Source of the DNA: a virus
Taxonomy: Duplodnaviria; Caudoviricetes
Reading direction: 5' to 3' (one strand)
Length of the DNA stretch: 59,958 bases
IMG/VR virus record: IMGVR_UViG_3300014827_000001
Coordinates: 1-59,958 of that record
This document shows, piece after piece, positions 28,010 through 36,535 of the stretch; position 1 is the stretch's first letter, and each line of letters starts with the position of its first letter. Under the pieces are notes generated by a model. That model had not been told where the DNA came from, made no database searches, and worked only from the letters and a program-made list of their open reading frames with translations. The translations under genes and the position numbers were made by a program.

Positions 28010-28258
28010 CTAGAGTCCGTGGGTTTCGGGGGCTGAGATGAGGGGGACAGTGACTAGCTTGGTAGCGGGTTCGTCGTCAAGGATGATCTTGTGGCCATCC
28101 TCATCAATGCCAAACTCGATCACCGTGAGCAGGCCAGCGTCGATTGCCACTGTCTGGTGATACAGGAGGCGGGCGGGATTGAGTCCATTGGCCCTGAGCC
28201 AGTTCAGCAAGGGTGGGTGTTTTATCGGGTAGGCGTCCAGCTTGATGCGGCGGCTCAT
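28010..28258 (-). CDS. Hypothetical protein
   Basis: Coupled to upstream ORF. Confidence 0.65.
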   Translation of the reverse strand: MSRRIKLDAYPIKHPPLLNWLRANGLNPARLLYHQTVAIDAGLLTVIEFGIDEDGHKIILDDEPATKLVTVPLISAPETHGL

Positions 28259-28443
28259 TGGGTTTCCCCCAGCTTATTGACGTGGACACGGGCGCGGCAG
28301 GCGCGGATACGTGCCTTGACGTTCTTGATGGCCCAACCCCAGCCCCCCTTGACTTCATCCCAGTTCCGCCCCAGATCAAAGAAGACCCAGAGGCCGAGCA
28401 GGTTCAGCAGGATGTCGAAGAGTTTGTCCCAATAGTCATTCAT
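28255..28443 (-). CDS. Small putative membrane protein
   Basis: AGGAG RBS; hydrophobic N-terminus, basic C-terminus. Confidence 0.6.
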   Translation of the reverse strand: MNDYWDKLFDILLNLLGLWVFFDLGRNWDEVKGGWGWAIKNVKARIRACRARVHVNKLGETQ

Positions 28444-28461
28444 GTTTTGCTCCTAATAAGT

Positions 28462-28498
28462 ATGGCCCTGTATCTGGGTAGATACAGGGCCAAGCTTA
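28462..28498 (-). promoter_or_regulatory. -10 box followed by 13-bp hairpin
   Basis: TGATAAGCT then TGGCCCTGTATCT-N4-AGATACAGGGCCA. Confidence 0.55.
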
Positions 28499-28517
28499 TC
28501 AAACTACCTAGTAAGCA

Positions 28518-29363
28518 CTAAGCTACACAAACCACGTTCGGATACGCCTCGCCCTGCGGCAGGAAGCCAACCTCCACGAGAATCGGAGCCCCAGCAGCGG
28601 ATTCCACCGTCATCGGGTAGTCGTTCTTGAACCGGAGGGTGGATACCTTGTCGCCAGCGGCGACAGCCACGGATGCCTTCTTGCCGTAGCGGGTGACGAT
28701 CCAGCCCTCAACGTAGGGAACCAGGAACAGGTTCACTGCCGTGGTGAAGATCGTGGTAAGGCTGCCCGTGGTGTTGGTTGCCGGAACAGTTGAAGCCGTA
28801 CCCGCTGCACCGGTATCGGTGTACGAAGTGACGATGCCCAGAGTGGCGATAACCACGTTCTCAACGCCAGCAGCCGTGCCACGGTAAATCTTCGTGCCCG
28901 TAGCACCCGCAGGAGCCGCGCCGATGGTGAAGGAAACCGTGGAAGTCGTACCCGTAGTGATCTGCGAGATTTCATTGGAACCGACCGTCTCACCATTGGC
29001 GTTGGTGTACGTCGCCTTGTAGTAGTACGTGGCAGCTGCCAACGTACCGCCAGTGGTGGCGGTGGTCGGAGCTGACAGCACCGGAGCAGCCAGAGACGGC
29101 ACCGAGATGTCGTCCTTGAAGAGGCTGATCTTGCCCTCGTAGTTCTTCAGGGTGGGGGTGTCAACGTTGCCCTCATCCTCGACGGTCTTGGACTTGTCCA
29201 CGTCCGAGTCCTTGAAGCCGAGCGAGTAGCCCGTGGTCACAGCACCGGAGATGCGTGTGCCCGCAGTGATCTGGGCCGCGCTCGGTGAGGAGCCGGAAGT
29301 CAGACCTGCCAGTGGAATCCACCAGATGCCCGTGTTGGGGTTCACCATTTTGTGAGAAGTCAT
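28518..29363 (-). CDS. Major tail protein paralogue 2 with inserted FN3-like domain
   Basis: Aligns by eye with 29376-29870 (KM..PNT.I.W, IS.A..TGY.L, NYEG, G..V.R.G, F..DYP, F.PQG). Confidence 0.85.
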   Translation of the reverse strand: MTSHKMVNPNTGIWWIPLAGLTSGSSPSAAQITAGTRISGAVTTGYSLGFKDSDVDKSKTVEDEGNVDTPTLKNYEGKISLFKDDISVPSLAAPVLSAPTTATTGGTLAAATYYYKATYTNANGETVGSNEISQITTGTTSTVSFTIGAAPAGATGTKIYRGTAAGVENVVIATLGIVTSYTDTGAAGTASTVPATNTTGSLTTIFTTAVNLFLVPYVEGWIVTRYGKKASVAVAAGDKVSTLRFKNDYPMTVESAAGAPILVEVGFLPQGEAYPNVVCVA

Positions 29364-29375
29364 GTCAGGGGCTCC

Positions 29376-29870
29376 TTACGCCACTACGGTCTGGTTGAGG
29401 GCCATGAGTCCCTGGGGGTGGAATTTAGTGTTGAACTCGATCAGGTCGTTGTCAATGACATCCTTGGGGTAGTCAGAGATGAACTTGAAGCTGTCCACTT
29501 TCTGAGCAACAGCGACAACCGCGCTGTTGCTCAGGCCCGTGCGGCGGACAAGGTAGCCGGTCTTGCGGACGGTTCCGAAGAACGCAAACGCAATGGAGAA
29601 CGGGGAAGTCGTGTCGGCCAGATCGCCTTCACGGAAGAACGTCAGGTCACCCTCGTAGTTGTAGCGCACGGGGTTTTCGACGTTGGCATCTTCGCAGATG
29701 GACTTCTTGTTGTTCGTGTCCGACTTGGTGGGGTTCAGCTTGTAGCCGGTCTCGATGGCACACGAGATGTTCGTGGCAGCAGAGAACAGTGCCGCCGAGG
29801 GGTTCAGGGGGTCATAAGTCGTTGCCTCGATCCAGTCAATGCGCGTGTTGGGGGACATCATTTTGCCCAT
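29376..29870 (-). CDS. Major tail protein paralogue 1
   Basis: Position after tail terminator; actinophage tail-tube pattern. Confidence 0.85.
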   Translation of the reverse strand: MGKMMSPNTRIDWIEATTYDPLNPSAALFSAATNISCAIETGYKLNPTKSDTNNKKSICEDANVENPVRYNYEGDLTFFREGDLADTTSPFSIAFAFFGTVRKTGYLVRRTGLSNSAVVAVAQKVDSFKFISDYPKDVIDNDLIEFNTKFHPQGLMALNQTVVA

Positions 29871-30133
29871 TAGTTGCCGCCTTCCGTTGCGGGAGCTTCT
29901 GCTGCCTGATCTTCAGTCAGCGGTTCGTCAAGCTGAATTTCATCAGCCTTGTGTTTTGGTGCTCGGGTCAGGTGCTCCCCAAACAATTTGCGTTCTTTGC
30001 CCCGCTGGCGCTCGGTAATCTCAGCGTCATTGAGTTCCCTGAAGTCGGGGAAAGCAGTCAGGTAACTGCGCGGAATAGTCTGCACGAGTTTCGTCACCTC
30101 ATGCACCGCTGTGACCATTTCACTTTCAGACAT
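29870..30133 (-). CDS. Hypothetical protein
   Basis: Coupled to major tail start. Confidence 0.65.
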   Translation of the reverse strand: MSESEMVTAVHEVTKLVQTIPRSYLTAFPDFRELNDAEITERQRGKERKLFGEHLTRAPKHKADEIQLDEPLTEDQAAEAPATEGGN

Positions 30134-30176
30134 GCATAACTCCAATCCTTTATTCCAATTGTACCGGAATGAGGTA

Positions 30177-30605
30177 TTAGGGGTTTATCAGGAATTTATA
30201 GGACTGGACCGCTGAGAAGCGCGTCGGTTGACCCATCGAGGAAATCTGGCCAACGCCTGCGAAAAAGGCTGGACGTATCTCGCCGGAGCCTGCCGGGACA
30301 AATCCGATGAGCTTTAGCCAGCCCAAGGAATGGACCTGCCGTGCGGCATTATCGTCCCCGGCAATTCCGTGTGTGGAAAACATCTGGAGGAAAGAATCAT
30401 CTGCTGCCCCGGTAATTCCATTGACCTTGGGTGACGGATCAACCAGCCCCGTGAAATTCACCACAAGGTGTGGCTTGACCTTGCCAGTGGAGGTCAGCGG
30501 GATCGAGGTGCCATCAGGGACGTTGCCCTCGAAGATCAGGATGTTGGGGATGGTTTTGAGCAGGGAAATGATTTCTTCCTGCGTGGGGAACGGGTTGACG
30601 GTCAT
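30177..30605 (-). CDS. Tail terminator
   Basis: Synteny; IFEG.VP..P..VV pattern. Confidence 0.65.
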   Translation of the reverse strand: MTVNPFPTQEEIISLLKTIPNILIFEGNVPDGTSIPLTSTGKVKPHLVVNFTGLVDPSPKVNGITGAADDSFLQMFSTHGIAGDDNAARQVHSLGWLKLIGFVPAGSGEIRPAFFAGVGQISSMGQPTRFSAVQSYKFLINP

Positions 30606-31012
30606 ACGGTCTTGAACCCCCATCGGGTCAGTGTTTTGAGCATTTCGACCTGTCCGGCCATGAGGGCATTCATCGGGGTGACGGTCTTACCATTCACGTC
30701 ACCGCCGTACTCCTGAATCAGGAAGTAGAACTCCTGATCCTTCAGCCAGCCAACACGGATGGAGATGGTGTTGCCGTGGCGGTCCACGGTAGAGTCCACG
30801 CTTTGGGTCATGTGAAAGGTCCAGTTACGGTTGTCCTTGCCCGGAGACAGCGAGGACTCAGTGGTAGCGATGATGTGTTTGACCATCTCCGCCCCGGCAA
30901 TGCCCGCTTCCAGGGCCGCTTCCTGAGCGTCGGTCTTGACATTCTTCTCGGCCTGTACCAGTTGGGCGAACAGGCCATCGGTGATGTTCTTGTAGCCGGT
31001 CAGGCCAGCCAT
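30602..31012 (-). CDS. Neck / tail-completion protein (HK97 gp10-like)
   Basis: Synteny; T..M..S, Y..IQEYG. Confidence 0.65.
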   Translation of the reverse strand: MAGLTGYKNITDGLFAQLVQAEKNVKTDAQEAALEAGIAGAEMVKHIIATTESSLSPGKDNRNWTFHMTQSVDSTVDRHGNTISIRVGWLKDQEFYFLIQEYGGDVNGKTVTPMNALMAGQVEMLKTLTRWGFKTV

Positions 31013-31473
31013 CAGGAGCCACCCTGCTTGTCGTCGTAGTCCGCGTGCAGGGTGTAGGCCCAGTCCTGTGTCGCGCCGAACCAGCCACGGACAAAGACCT
31101 TCTCGCCTTCCATCATGGGCATTTCGGCACAGACCAGAATGGTCACCATGTCGTTGGACTGCCAGCGCAGGTTTACGGGGGCCGGGACAGCCTCATTCAG
31201 GGCAGCACTGGTGGGGATCAGCAGCTGGGTCACCTGATTGTCCGTGTAGTCCGCGACGAAAGCAGTACGGCGTGGGCGGGCAATACGGTCAATGTTGGCC
31301 CGCCCAAGGTACAGCAGCTCTGTGACCTCGCCGTCGTAAAGGCCCGTTGCGGGGTTCCAGGTGCCCGCTGTGAGCTCCCGCGTGATCTGCACCCTCCCGG
31401 TCATGCTGGCGTTGATTCTAACGGCTTGGTGAGCCGCCCAGCCGCTCGGGAAGGTTGAGGTTCTTAGAACCAC
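31012..31473 (-). CDS. Head-to-tail stopper
   Basis: Synteny; WNPATG..LY.GRA. Confidence 0.65.
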   Translation of the reverse strand: MVLRTSTFPSGWAAHQAVRINASMTGRVQITRELTAGTWNPATGLYDGEVTELLYLGRANIDRIARPRRTAFVADYTDNQVTQLLIPTSAALNEAVPAPVNLRWQSNDMVTILVCAEMPMMEGEKVFVRGWFGATQDWAYTLHADYDDKQGGS

Positions 31474-31919
31474 GGCACACCACCGGCAGGTCCGCCAGCG
31501 TTGATGTACTGGAAGTAATCGAAGGGGCTGATCGGGTCATCGAAGTTGACGATGGAGACTTGGAGACCGGCAGTTGCGTCGGCTTCCTCGCGGTCCAATT
31601 TGCCCTGTGCCCGGAAGTCAGCGGCCTGCAAGCGCAGGGCGTTGGTCACGGCAGGTCCATCGGTCTGCAGATTCTCTTTACGGATTTTCCCATCCACTAG
31701 TGATGCGTTAGTGGCAAAGGCCATCAAAGCGTCAGCGGCAGCCAATTTCAAGTAGCCGCCATTCATGGCGATAAAGCCACCAATGAAATCATCGGAAAAG
31801 TAATACTCTGCGGGAGCTGTGAGGTCCATTGGATCAGTGCGGAGCTGGGTGTCGGAAATGAGCAATCTGAGCTGCCCAACCGGACTGGTTGCATCAAGCG
31901 GAAACAGGTCAGTAGTCAT
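31464..31919 (-). CDS. Head-to-tail adaptor
   Basis: VGQLRLLISD..FSD..I..AAADAL..A. Confidence 0.75.
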   Translation of the reverse strand: MTTDLFPLDATSPVGQLRLLISDTQLRTDPMDLTAPAEYYFSDDFIGGFIAMNGGYLKLAAADALMAFATNASLVDGKIRKENLQTDGPAVTNALRLQAADFRAQGKLDREEADATAGLQVSIVNFDDPISPFDYFQYINAGGPAGGVPWF

Positions 31920-31961
31920 AATAACCATTCTACCGTTTATCCGGCTAAGGCTATTTGACAC

Positions 31962-32040
31962 AAAACGGCCCCGGTCGAATAGGGGAGCAACCTAAACGCC
32001 GGGACCGTTCCTAGCCAACCACCAGGAGGAGTAGTACCAC
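31962..32040 (-). ncRNA. Candidate small RNA with anti-Shine-Dalgarno-like motifs
   Basis: -10 TATCCT at 32047-32052; CTCCTCCT and GCTCCCC; closing stem AACGGTCCCGG/CCGGGGCCGTT-TT. Confidence 0.4.
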
Positions 32041-32097
32041 AAAACAAGGATACCGCATTTTGAATTTTGCTATTTCAGTTAGGGAACTTAACCGGTC

Positions 32098-32220
32098 TTA
32101 TTGGCCCCTGGGCGCGCCTTCGATCTGCGCCTTCAGTGCGGCGTTCTCCTGCAACAGCTGGGCATTCTGAGCGGTGAGTGTGGAGATGAGCGCGAGGATA
32201 GCGGCGGGGTCTACGTTCAT
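32098..32220 (-). CDS. Small coiled-coil protein (40 aa)
   Basis: MNVDPAAILALISTLTAQNAQLLQENAALKAQIEGAPRGQ; ATGA overlap. Confidence 0.6.
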   Translation of the reverse strand: MNVDPAAILALISTLTAQNAQLLQENAALKAQIEGAPRGQ

Positions 32221-33353
32221 GCTGTGATTCCAATCCCTGTGAGCGCTACGCGAATTGCGTCTACGGCGGTTTTCATGGCCTGCGCTTCTGCCTGTACATA
32301 GGTGGCTGAGGGCGCGGTGGGGGATGCAATCGCTGCGGCGCGGGTGACCGGCGCCGCACCGTAGAAGCCGATAGCGTTGGTGTTCTTCAACTCGATCAGC
32401 GTGGTCATGGTTTCGGAGCCGATAGCCGCGGCGTTGCCCTGCTGGAACTTGAAAGAGTTCGACGCTGACGCGATTGCGTTAGGGAACCACAGGCCCGGCG
32501 TGCCCGAGTACACGTAATGCGCTTCCTGCGTCCCACCCGAGACGACACTCGCCCTGATCTTGGAAGGGTTGGTGTTGCCGGATTGGAGGACAAATGAGCC
32601 GTCCACGGCATCGATGTAGCCGTTGAGGTTGTCCGCCGCAACATAGCTGGCCGTGCCGTCAACCCCGCCAAACGTGATTGCCGTCCCGGCGAGGGTTGCA
32701 GCTACTTGGAAGGTGTTGGCGGTCGGTGTCACAACATAGTAGGTGGTTCCGTTGGCGATCCCCGTCGTCCCGGTGATCGCGGAGAAGGTGAGCCTCTGAC
32801 CCGCCGTGAGGCCGTGCGCGGTGACGTTGACCGTTGATCCCACAACAGTCAACGTGGCGGCCACCGATGGTCCCGCGAGGCCCCACTCGAAGAGTGCCCC
32901 GGACCCGCCGTAGTCGGCGCGGAGCGATACGAGTACACCGCCGTTCTGGGAGCCCTTCCGGAGTTCCATGACCTTTGCGCCTGAGAATGTGGAGCCGAGT
33001 ATACCGATGGAATCCGAGCCTGAAGTGGTTTCAAGATTCATGCCGATACCGATGCCAGCGTTGGCTTTCACGCTGAACGTGAAACCCTGGGAGCCGTCAT
33101 GATCTACACCGATCCCTGCGACTTCCGAGGTGGACCCGATACCGGAAAGCAGGTGGAATACACGGCCGCTCCCGGCGCTGGTGGCTAGTTCGATCATCGG
33201 GTTGGTGGCGGTCAGGTAATCCGTGTGGCCGAGCTTCAGATAAGTGGCATTAAGTGACGCTGCCTGCGCGGTAACAGGCAACTGGGCGTCCGTGATAGCC
33301 CCCGTGCTGGGAGGGCTCAGGGTGGAGCCTGATTGAAGGACTGAGCGGCTCAT
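32217..33353 (-). CDS. Putative head fibre / decoration protein
   Basis: 378 aa, Gly/Ser/Thr-rich; HGL..G..TYYV module; IGFYGAAPV C-terminus. Confidence 0.65.
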   Translation of the reverse strand: MSRSVLQSGSTLSPPSTGAITDAQLPVTAQAASLNATYLKLGHTDYLTATNPMIELATSAGSGRVFHLLSGIGSTSEVAGIGVDHDGSQGFTFSVKANAGIGIGMNLETTSGSDSIGILGSTFSGAKVMELRKGSQNGGVLVSLRADYGGSGALFEWGLAGPSVAATLTVVGSTVNVTAHGLTAGQRLTFSAITGTTGIANGTTYYVVTPTANTFQVAATLAGTAITFGGVDGTASYVAADNLNGYIDAVDGSFVLQSGNTNPSKIRASVVSGGTQEAHYVYSGTPGLWFPNAIASASNSFKFQQGNAAAIGSETMTTLIELKNTNAIGFYGAAPVTRAAAIASPTAPSATYVQAEAQAMKTAVDAIRVALTGIGITA

Positions 33354-33691
33354 GCGAACACCGAACCTGTCACCACAAGATCAACGGCTGCTGCGGTTGC
33401 TGCGAAGGCGGCAATCATGTCACCGGGGCCGAACTCGGCTCCCTTGAACATTGTCAGTTCAAAGGTGTCGTTGGCGGCGAGCGGGTACACGTTCAGCACA
33501 CGGTGGGTAGTGTCGCCAACCGTTCCGCCCTTTGGTACGAGGGACACTGAGACGTTGACCGTTGAAGCGGTCACGTTGCAGATGGAGGCGGTTGCAACGG
33601 TGGCTGAGGTGGCGGCAGGAACGGTGTAAACAGCAGCGTCAACGGTGCCGAGCTGTTGGGAAACAAGAATCTGTGGAGTCTGGCCGGACAT
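33350..33691 (-). CDS. Putative virion accessory protein
   Basis: YTVPA..ICN..L..GD beta-sandwich pattern; AAGGA RBS. Confidence 0.65.
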   Translation of the reverse strand: MSGQTPQILVSQQLGTVDAAVYTVPAATSATVATASICNVTASTVNVSVSLVPKGGTVGDTTHRVLNVYPLAANDTFELTMFKGAEFGPGDMIAAFAATAAAVDLVVTGSVFA

Positions 33692-33726
33692 GGGCTGGTC
33701 CTTTCAAAGAATGGGTGGATATATGG

Positions 33727-33766
33727 GGAAAGCCCCAGCGAGATACGCTCATCGCTGGGGCTTTCC
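33727..33766 (-). terminator. Hairpin/terminator after major capsid gene
   Basis: GGAAAGCCCCAGCGA / TCGCTGGGGCTTTCC. Confidence 0.65.
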
Positions 33767-33781
33767 ATGGGGCCTAAGCTA

Positions 33782-34954
33782 TTAGGCGAACGTGGACCAA
33801 GGCTCGGTGTAAGCAGTGGTACCGGTAGAGGCGTAGCTGTTCGATGCGAACCAGAAGCCGCCTCGCACTACGTGACGCACACGGTACTCCGCGTCATCGT
33901 TGCGGAGCGAGCCAGCCAGCGTCGGGACAGCCCCGCCGCCGAGGAACAGGCCACCAGCGTTGGACTGGCGGAACTCTGGTGCCTCGTGGTTGCGGAGGAA
34001 GTTCACCACAACACAGTCGCGGATACCATCGGAACCCTGGTAGGGAACCAAGTACCAGCTGGTGGCTGCGGTGGCCGACTTGTCGATCTGGGTCAGCCAG
34101 TCGTTGACAACCAGCACAACATCGGAGTTGGAGACCTGCGACTTGAACCGCTGCTGGCCCTTGCCTGCAACAGCCGGGTCACCGGAGACCGACTCAATCT
34201 CGGTGATCCTCAGGATGCGCTCGGCCCAGTCACGCATGGCGGACGGGACAACGAGTGCGAACTTGGGAACCGTGATGAAGTTGTTGTTCCACTTGCGCTG
34301 ACGCACCGTGCGCTTGGCGTAAGCCAGCGAGTCGATGGAGAGCTGCTTGTTGTCAACGACGTTCAGGTTCGTCGCGTTGAACGTGTCCGGGTTGGCACCG
34401 GTAGCGGTCACAAGAACCTTGACAGCTTCGGTTTCCTCGGTGTTCTTGGCGTACTGGGCCATACGTCCGGGCAGCTGGGCAATGAAGTTCCAGTTGTCGT
34501 TGATGACATCTTCCCAAGAGAAGCCGATGCGAGCACCGGACTTGTAGATGGAAAGCGCCTTGGCGGACGTGGTGAAGCTGAACGCGGGGTACTCGGTCAG
34601 TTCAGGAACAACCGGGAGGGAGCCCGGAGCCGTGACGTGGCCACCGTTGTCAGCAAGGTCCTGGTCGTAGTCGAAGACCAGTTCCTTCTGGAACTTGGGC
34701 TTGAAGTCCTCGAAGATGTCCCGCTTGGCGAACTCGGTCCACGTAGTGGGGAGTGTCGCGTACTGAGCCTGGAGAGCAGCGGCGTTCACAAAAGCGAACG
34801 TCTGCGCCAAGTCAGAGCTGGAAATTGCTTCAGACAGCTGGCCGTCAACGACGGACTTGATGATGCCGCGTGCGCGAAAGTCACCGTGGAGAGCGTCACC
34901 GAAAATCTTGGCGGTCTCCTCGATGTGCTTGGGGAGTACAAGTTCCATAGTCAT
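33782..34954 (-). CDS. Major capsid protein (HK97 fold)
   Basis: 390 aa; V.E..EY, SWE.VIND, LVVP, YRVRH; strong codon bias; synteny. Confidence 0.9.
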   Translation of the reverse strand: MTMELVLPKHIEETAKIFGDALHGDFRARGIIKSVVDGQLSEAISSSDLAQTFAFVNAAALQAQYATLPTTWTEFAKRDIFEDFKPKFQKELVFDYDQDLADNGGHVTAPGSLPVVPELTEYPAFSFTTSAKALSIYKSGARIGFSWEDVINDNWNFIAQLPGRMAQYAKNTEETEAVKVLVTATGANPDTFNATNLNVVDNKQLSIDSLAYAKRTVRQRKWNNNFITVPKFALVVPSAMRDWAERILRITEIESVSGDPAVAGKGQQRFKSQVSNSDVVLVVNDWLTQIDKSATAATSWYLVPYQGSDGIRDCVVVNFLRNHEAPEFRQSNAGGLFLGGGAVPTLAGSLRNDDAEYRVRHVVRGGFWFASNSYASTGTTAYTEPWSTFA

Positions 34955-34959
34955 TTTCC

Positions 34960-35367
34960 TTACGCGCTAGCGACGGTCTGGCCGGGGTTGAGAATGCGGA
35001 CGATGACAGGGGTTGCCGGAGCGGTGCTGGCCCGGAGAGCCACACCCCAGAGGAAGTTGCCAGTGGAGGCCGTGGTCAGTGTGCCATCGGCCTTGATGTA
35101 GACAGCCGAGCCGACAGTCGTTGAACCTGTGACGGTGACAATCCACGCACCCGTGGTCTTGACGGTCGCATAGCCAGCCTCGTTACCGATACCGCCAGTG
35201 GGCTGTGCAATTCCGGCAAAGACGTAATCCGGGTTGGTTACCGAACCTTCATCAGTCTGGGCAACAGCATTCAGGATGCCAATTCGGAGGGCAGTGCCCG
35301 ACTTTACGCCGGTTGCGACGGGGAGGGAAAGCCCTTCCGCGTCTTTGAAAACTTCATTCTTTGCCAT
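34960..35367 (-). CDS. Capsid decoration protein (DUF2190-like)
   Basis: SG....G....VA..D, G..VY, G.AL; directly before MCP. Confidence 0.7.
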   Translation of the reverse strand: MAKNEVFKDAEGLSLPVATGVKSGTALRIGILNAVAQTDEGSVTNPDYVFAGIAQPTGGIGNEAGYATVKTTGAWIVTVTGSTTVGSAVYIKADGTLTTASTGNFLWGVALRASTAPATPVIVRILNPGQTVASA

Positions 35368-35434
35368 TATTGGCACCTTTCATCGCTAATACAAGAATAC
35401 CGCATTGGCAATTCAGGAGAATTGCCGCGAAAAA

Positions 35435-36466
35435 CTACTTGCCGTTTACTGCCTTGATTCCATAAAGGTTGTCAATAATCCCGGCAGTGGCTTCTTCCAG
35501 GCTCTTTGCGCTCTTTTCATCGTGGGCATAACCCTTGAAGGAATGGTCGGCTTCTTCGAGAATGGATTTCACCTTGGCGGCTTCGGCGTCAACGGTTTCC
35601 TTCAGGTCAGCGCCAGCCTCAACCAGAGCGAAAACCGAGGTGCGGGAAGCGGAGGGCAGCTTGGCCTCGGTCAGTGCCTTGTCGATCTCGGCAAAGGAAG
35701 CGGATTCCTTGACAACGGGCTTCTTTTTCTTGATCGGGTTACCAAAGCCGTCTTCACCCTCGGCCTTGTCCTCAGCGTCCGGCTTGCCATCCTCGGGGCC
35801 TTCGGCGTCGTCCTCCTTCTTGGAGTCCTTGACAGCAGGCTTTTTGGCCTCTGCCAGTGCAGCCGTGAGGGCTTCCAACATCTCAGTTTTGAGAGTCGCC
35901 AGAGCCTCAACAATTTCTTTCTCCATGAGAGATTCCTTTTCTTTTTGGGACTCTGCACCACTCTCGGGCGCAGAAACTTTTTCGGATTCGAGCAATTTCA
36001 CAAAACCGCCACCGGCACCGGCCTCGGTCACCACATCAATGGAGTGGACCTTGGTGAATCGGGTGAGTGTTTTGGTGCCGGATGCCTCGGAAACTTCCCC
36101 CTCGGCGCGGATCGACATTCCGATCAATCCGCGCTCTGCGAGTTCCTTGACCATTTCCTGGTACTGGGGGAGGAAGGTGGCATTTGCATAAAGGTCTTTG
36201 CCGTCATACGTGGCACCCTCGGTCAAATACCCGGCAATATCCTGCACCCGGCGTTCCGGCTGGTTAAATTTGTCATCCTGCGTGGGGTGGTTCAGGAAAA
36301 TCTTGGTGTTTTCCTTGAACAGCGGAGCACCTTCTTGCAGGGCTTCTTTGGGGTAATAGGCTGAGGAGCCTTTGCGGTCACCCTCAATTACCTTGATCTT
36401 CCATGTTTTGCCCGTCAGTTGAGCCGGTGCAAGCGCGCCCGCCTCAGTGATTTGCGTAATGGTCAC
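35435..36466 (-). CDS. Capsid maturation protease / scaffold fusion
   Basis: YY.KEAL..FLNHP, IGMSI, SIDVV..AGAGG; charged helical C-terminal half. Confidence 0.85.
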   Translation of the reverse strand: MTITQITEAGALAPAQLTGKTWKIKVIEGDRKGSSAYYPKEALQEGAPLFKENTKIFLNHPTQDDKFNQPERRVQDIAGYLTEGATYDGKDLYANATFLPQYQEMVKELAERGLIGMSIRAEGEVSEASGTKTLTRFTKVHSIDVVTEAGAGGGFVKLLESEKVSAPESGAESQKEKESLMEKEIVEALATLKTEMLEALTAALAEAKKPAVKDSKKEDDAEGPEDGKPDAEDKAEGEDGFGNPIKKKKPVVKESASFAEIDKALTEAKLPSASRTSVFALVEAGADLKETVDAEAAKVKSILEEADHSFKGYAHDEKSAKSLEEATAGIIDNLYGIKAVNGK

Positions 36467-36492
36467 AGGGAAACTCCAATCGTCTAAACCCA

Positions 36493-36535
36493 ATCTTATC
36501 ATTTAGGTATTTAGACGCTCAGAAATACAGACCTA
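36493..36535 (-). promoter_or_regulatory. Late-promoter-like site with GTATTT-N10-AAATAC
   Basis: TAGGTCTGTATTT-N10-AAATACC..TGATAAGAT; same layout as 26713-26754. Confidence 0.6.

Noticed and set aside
33656-35101. 481-aa plus-strand ORF
   Set aside because: Antisense shadow of the major capsid gene
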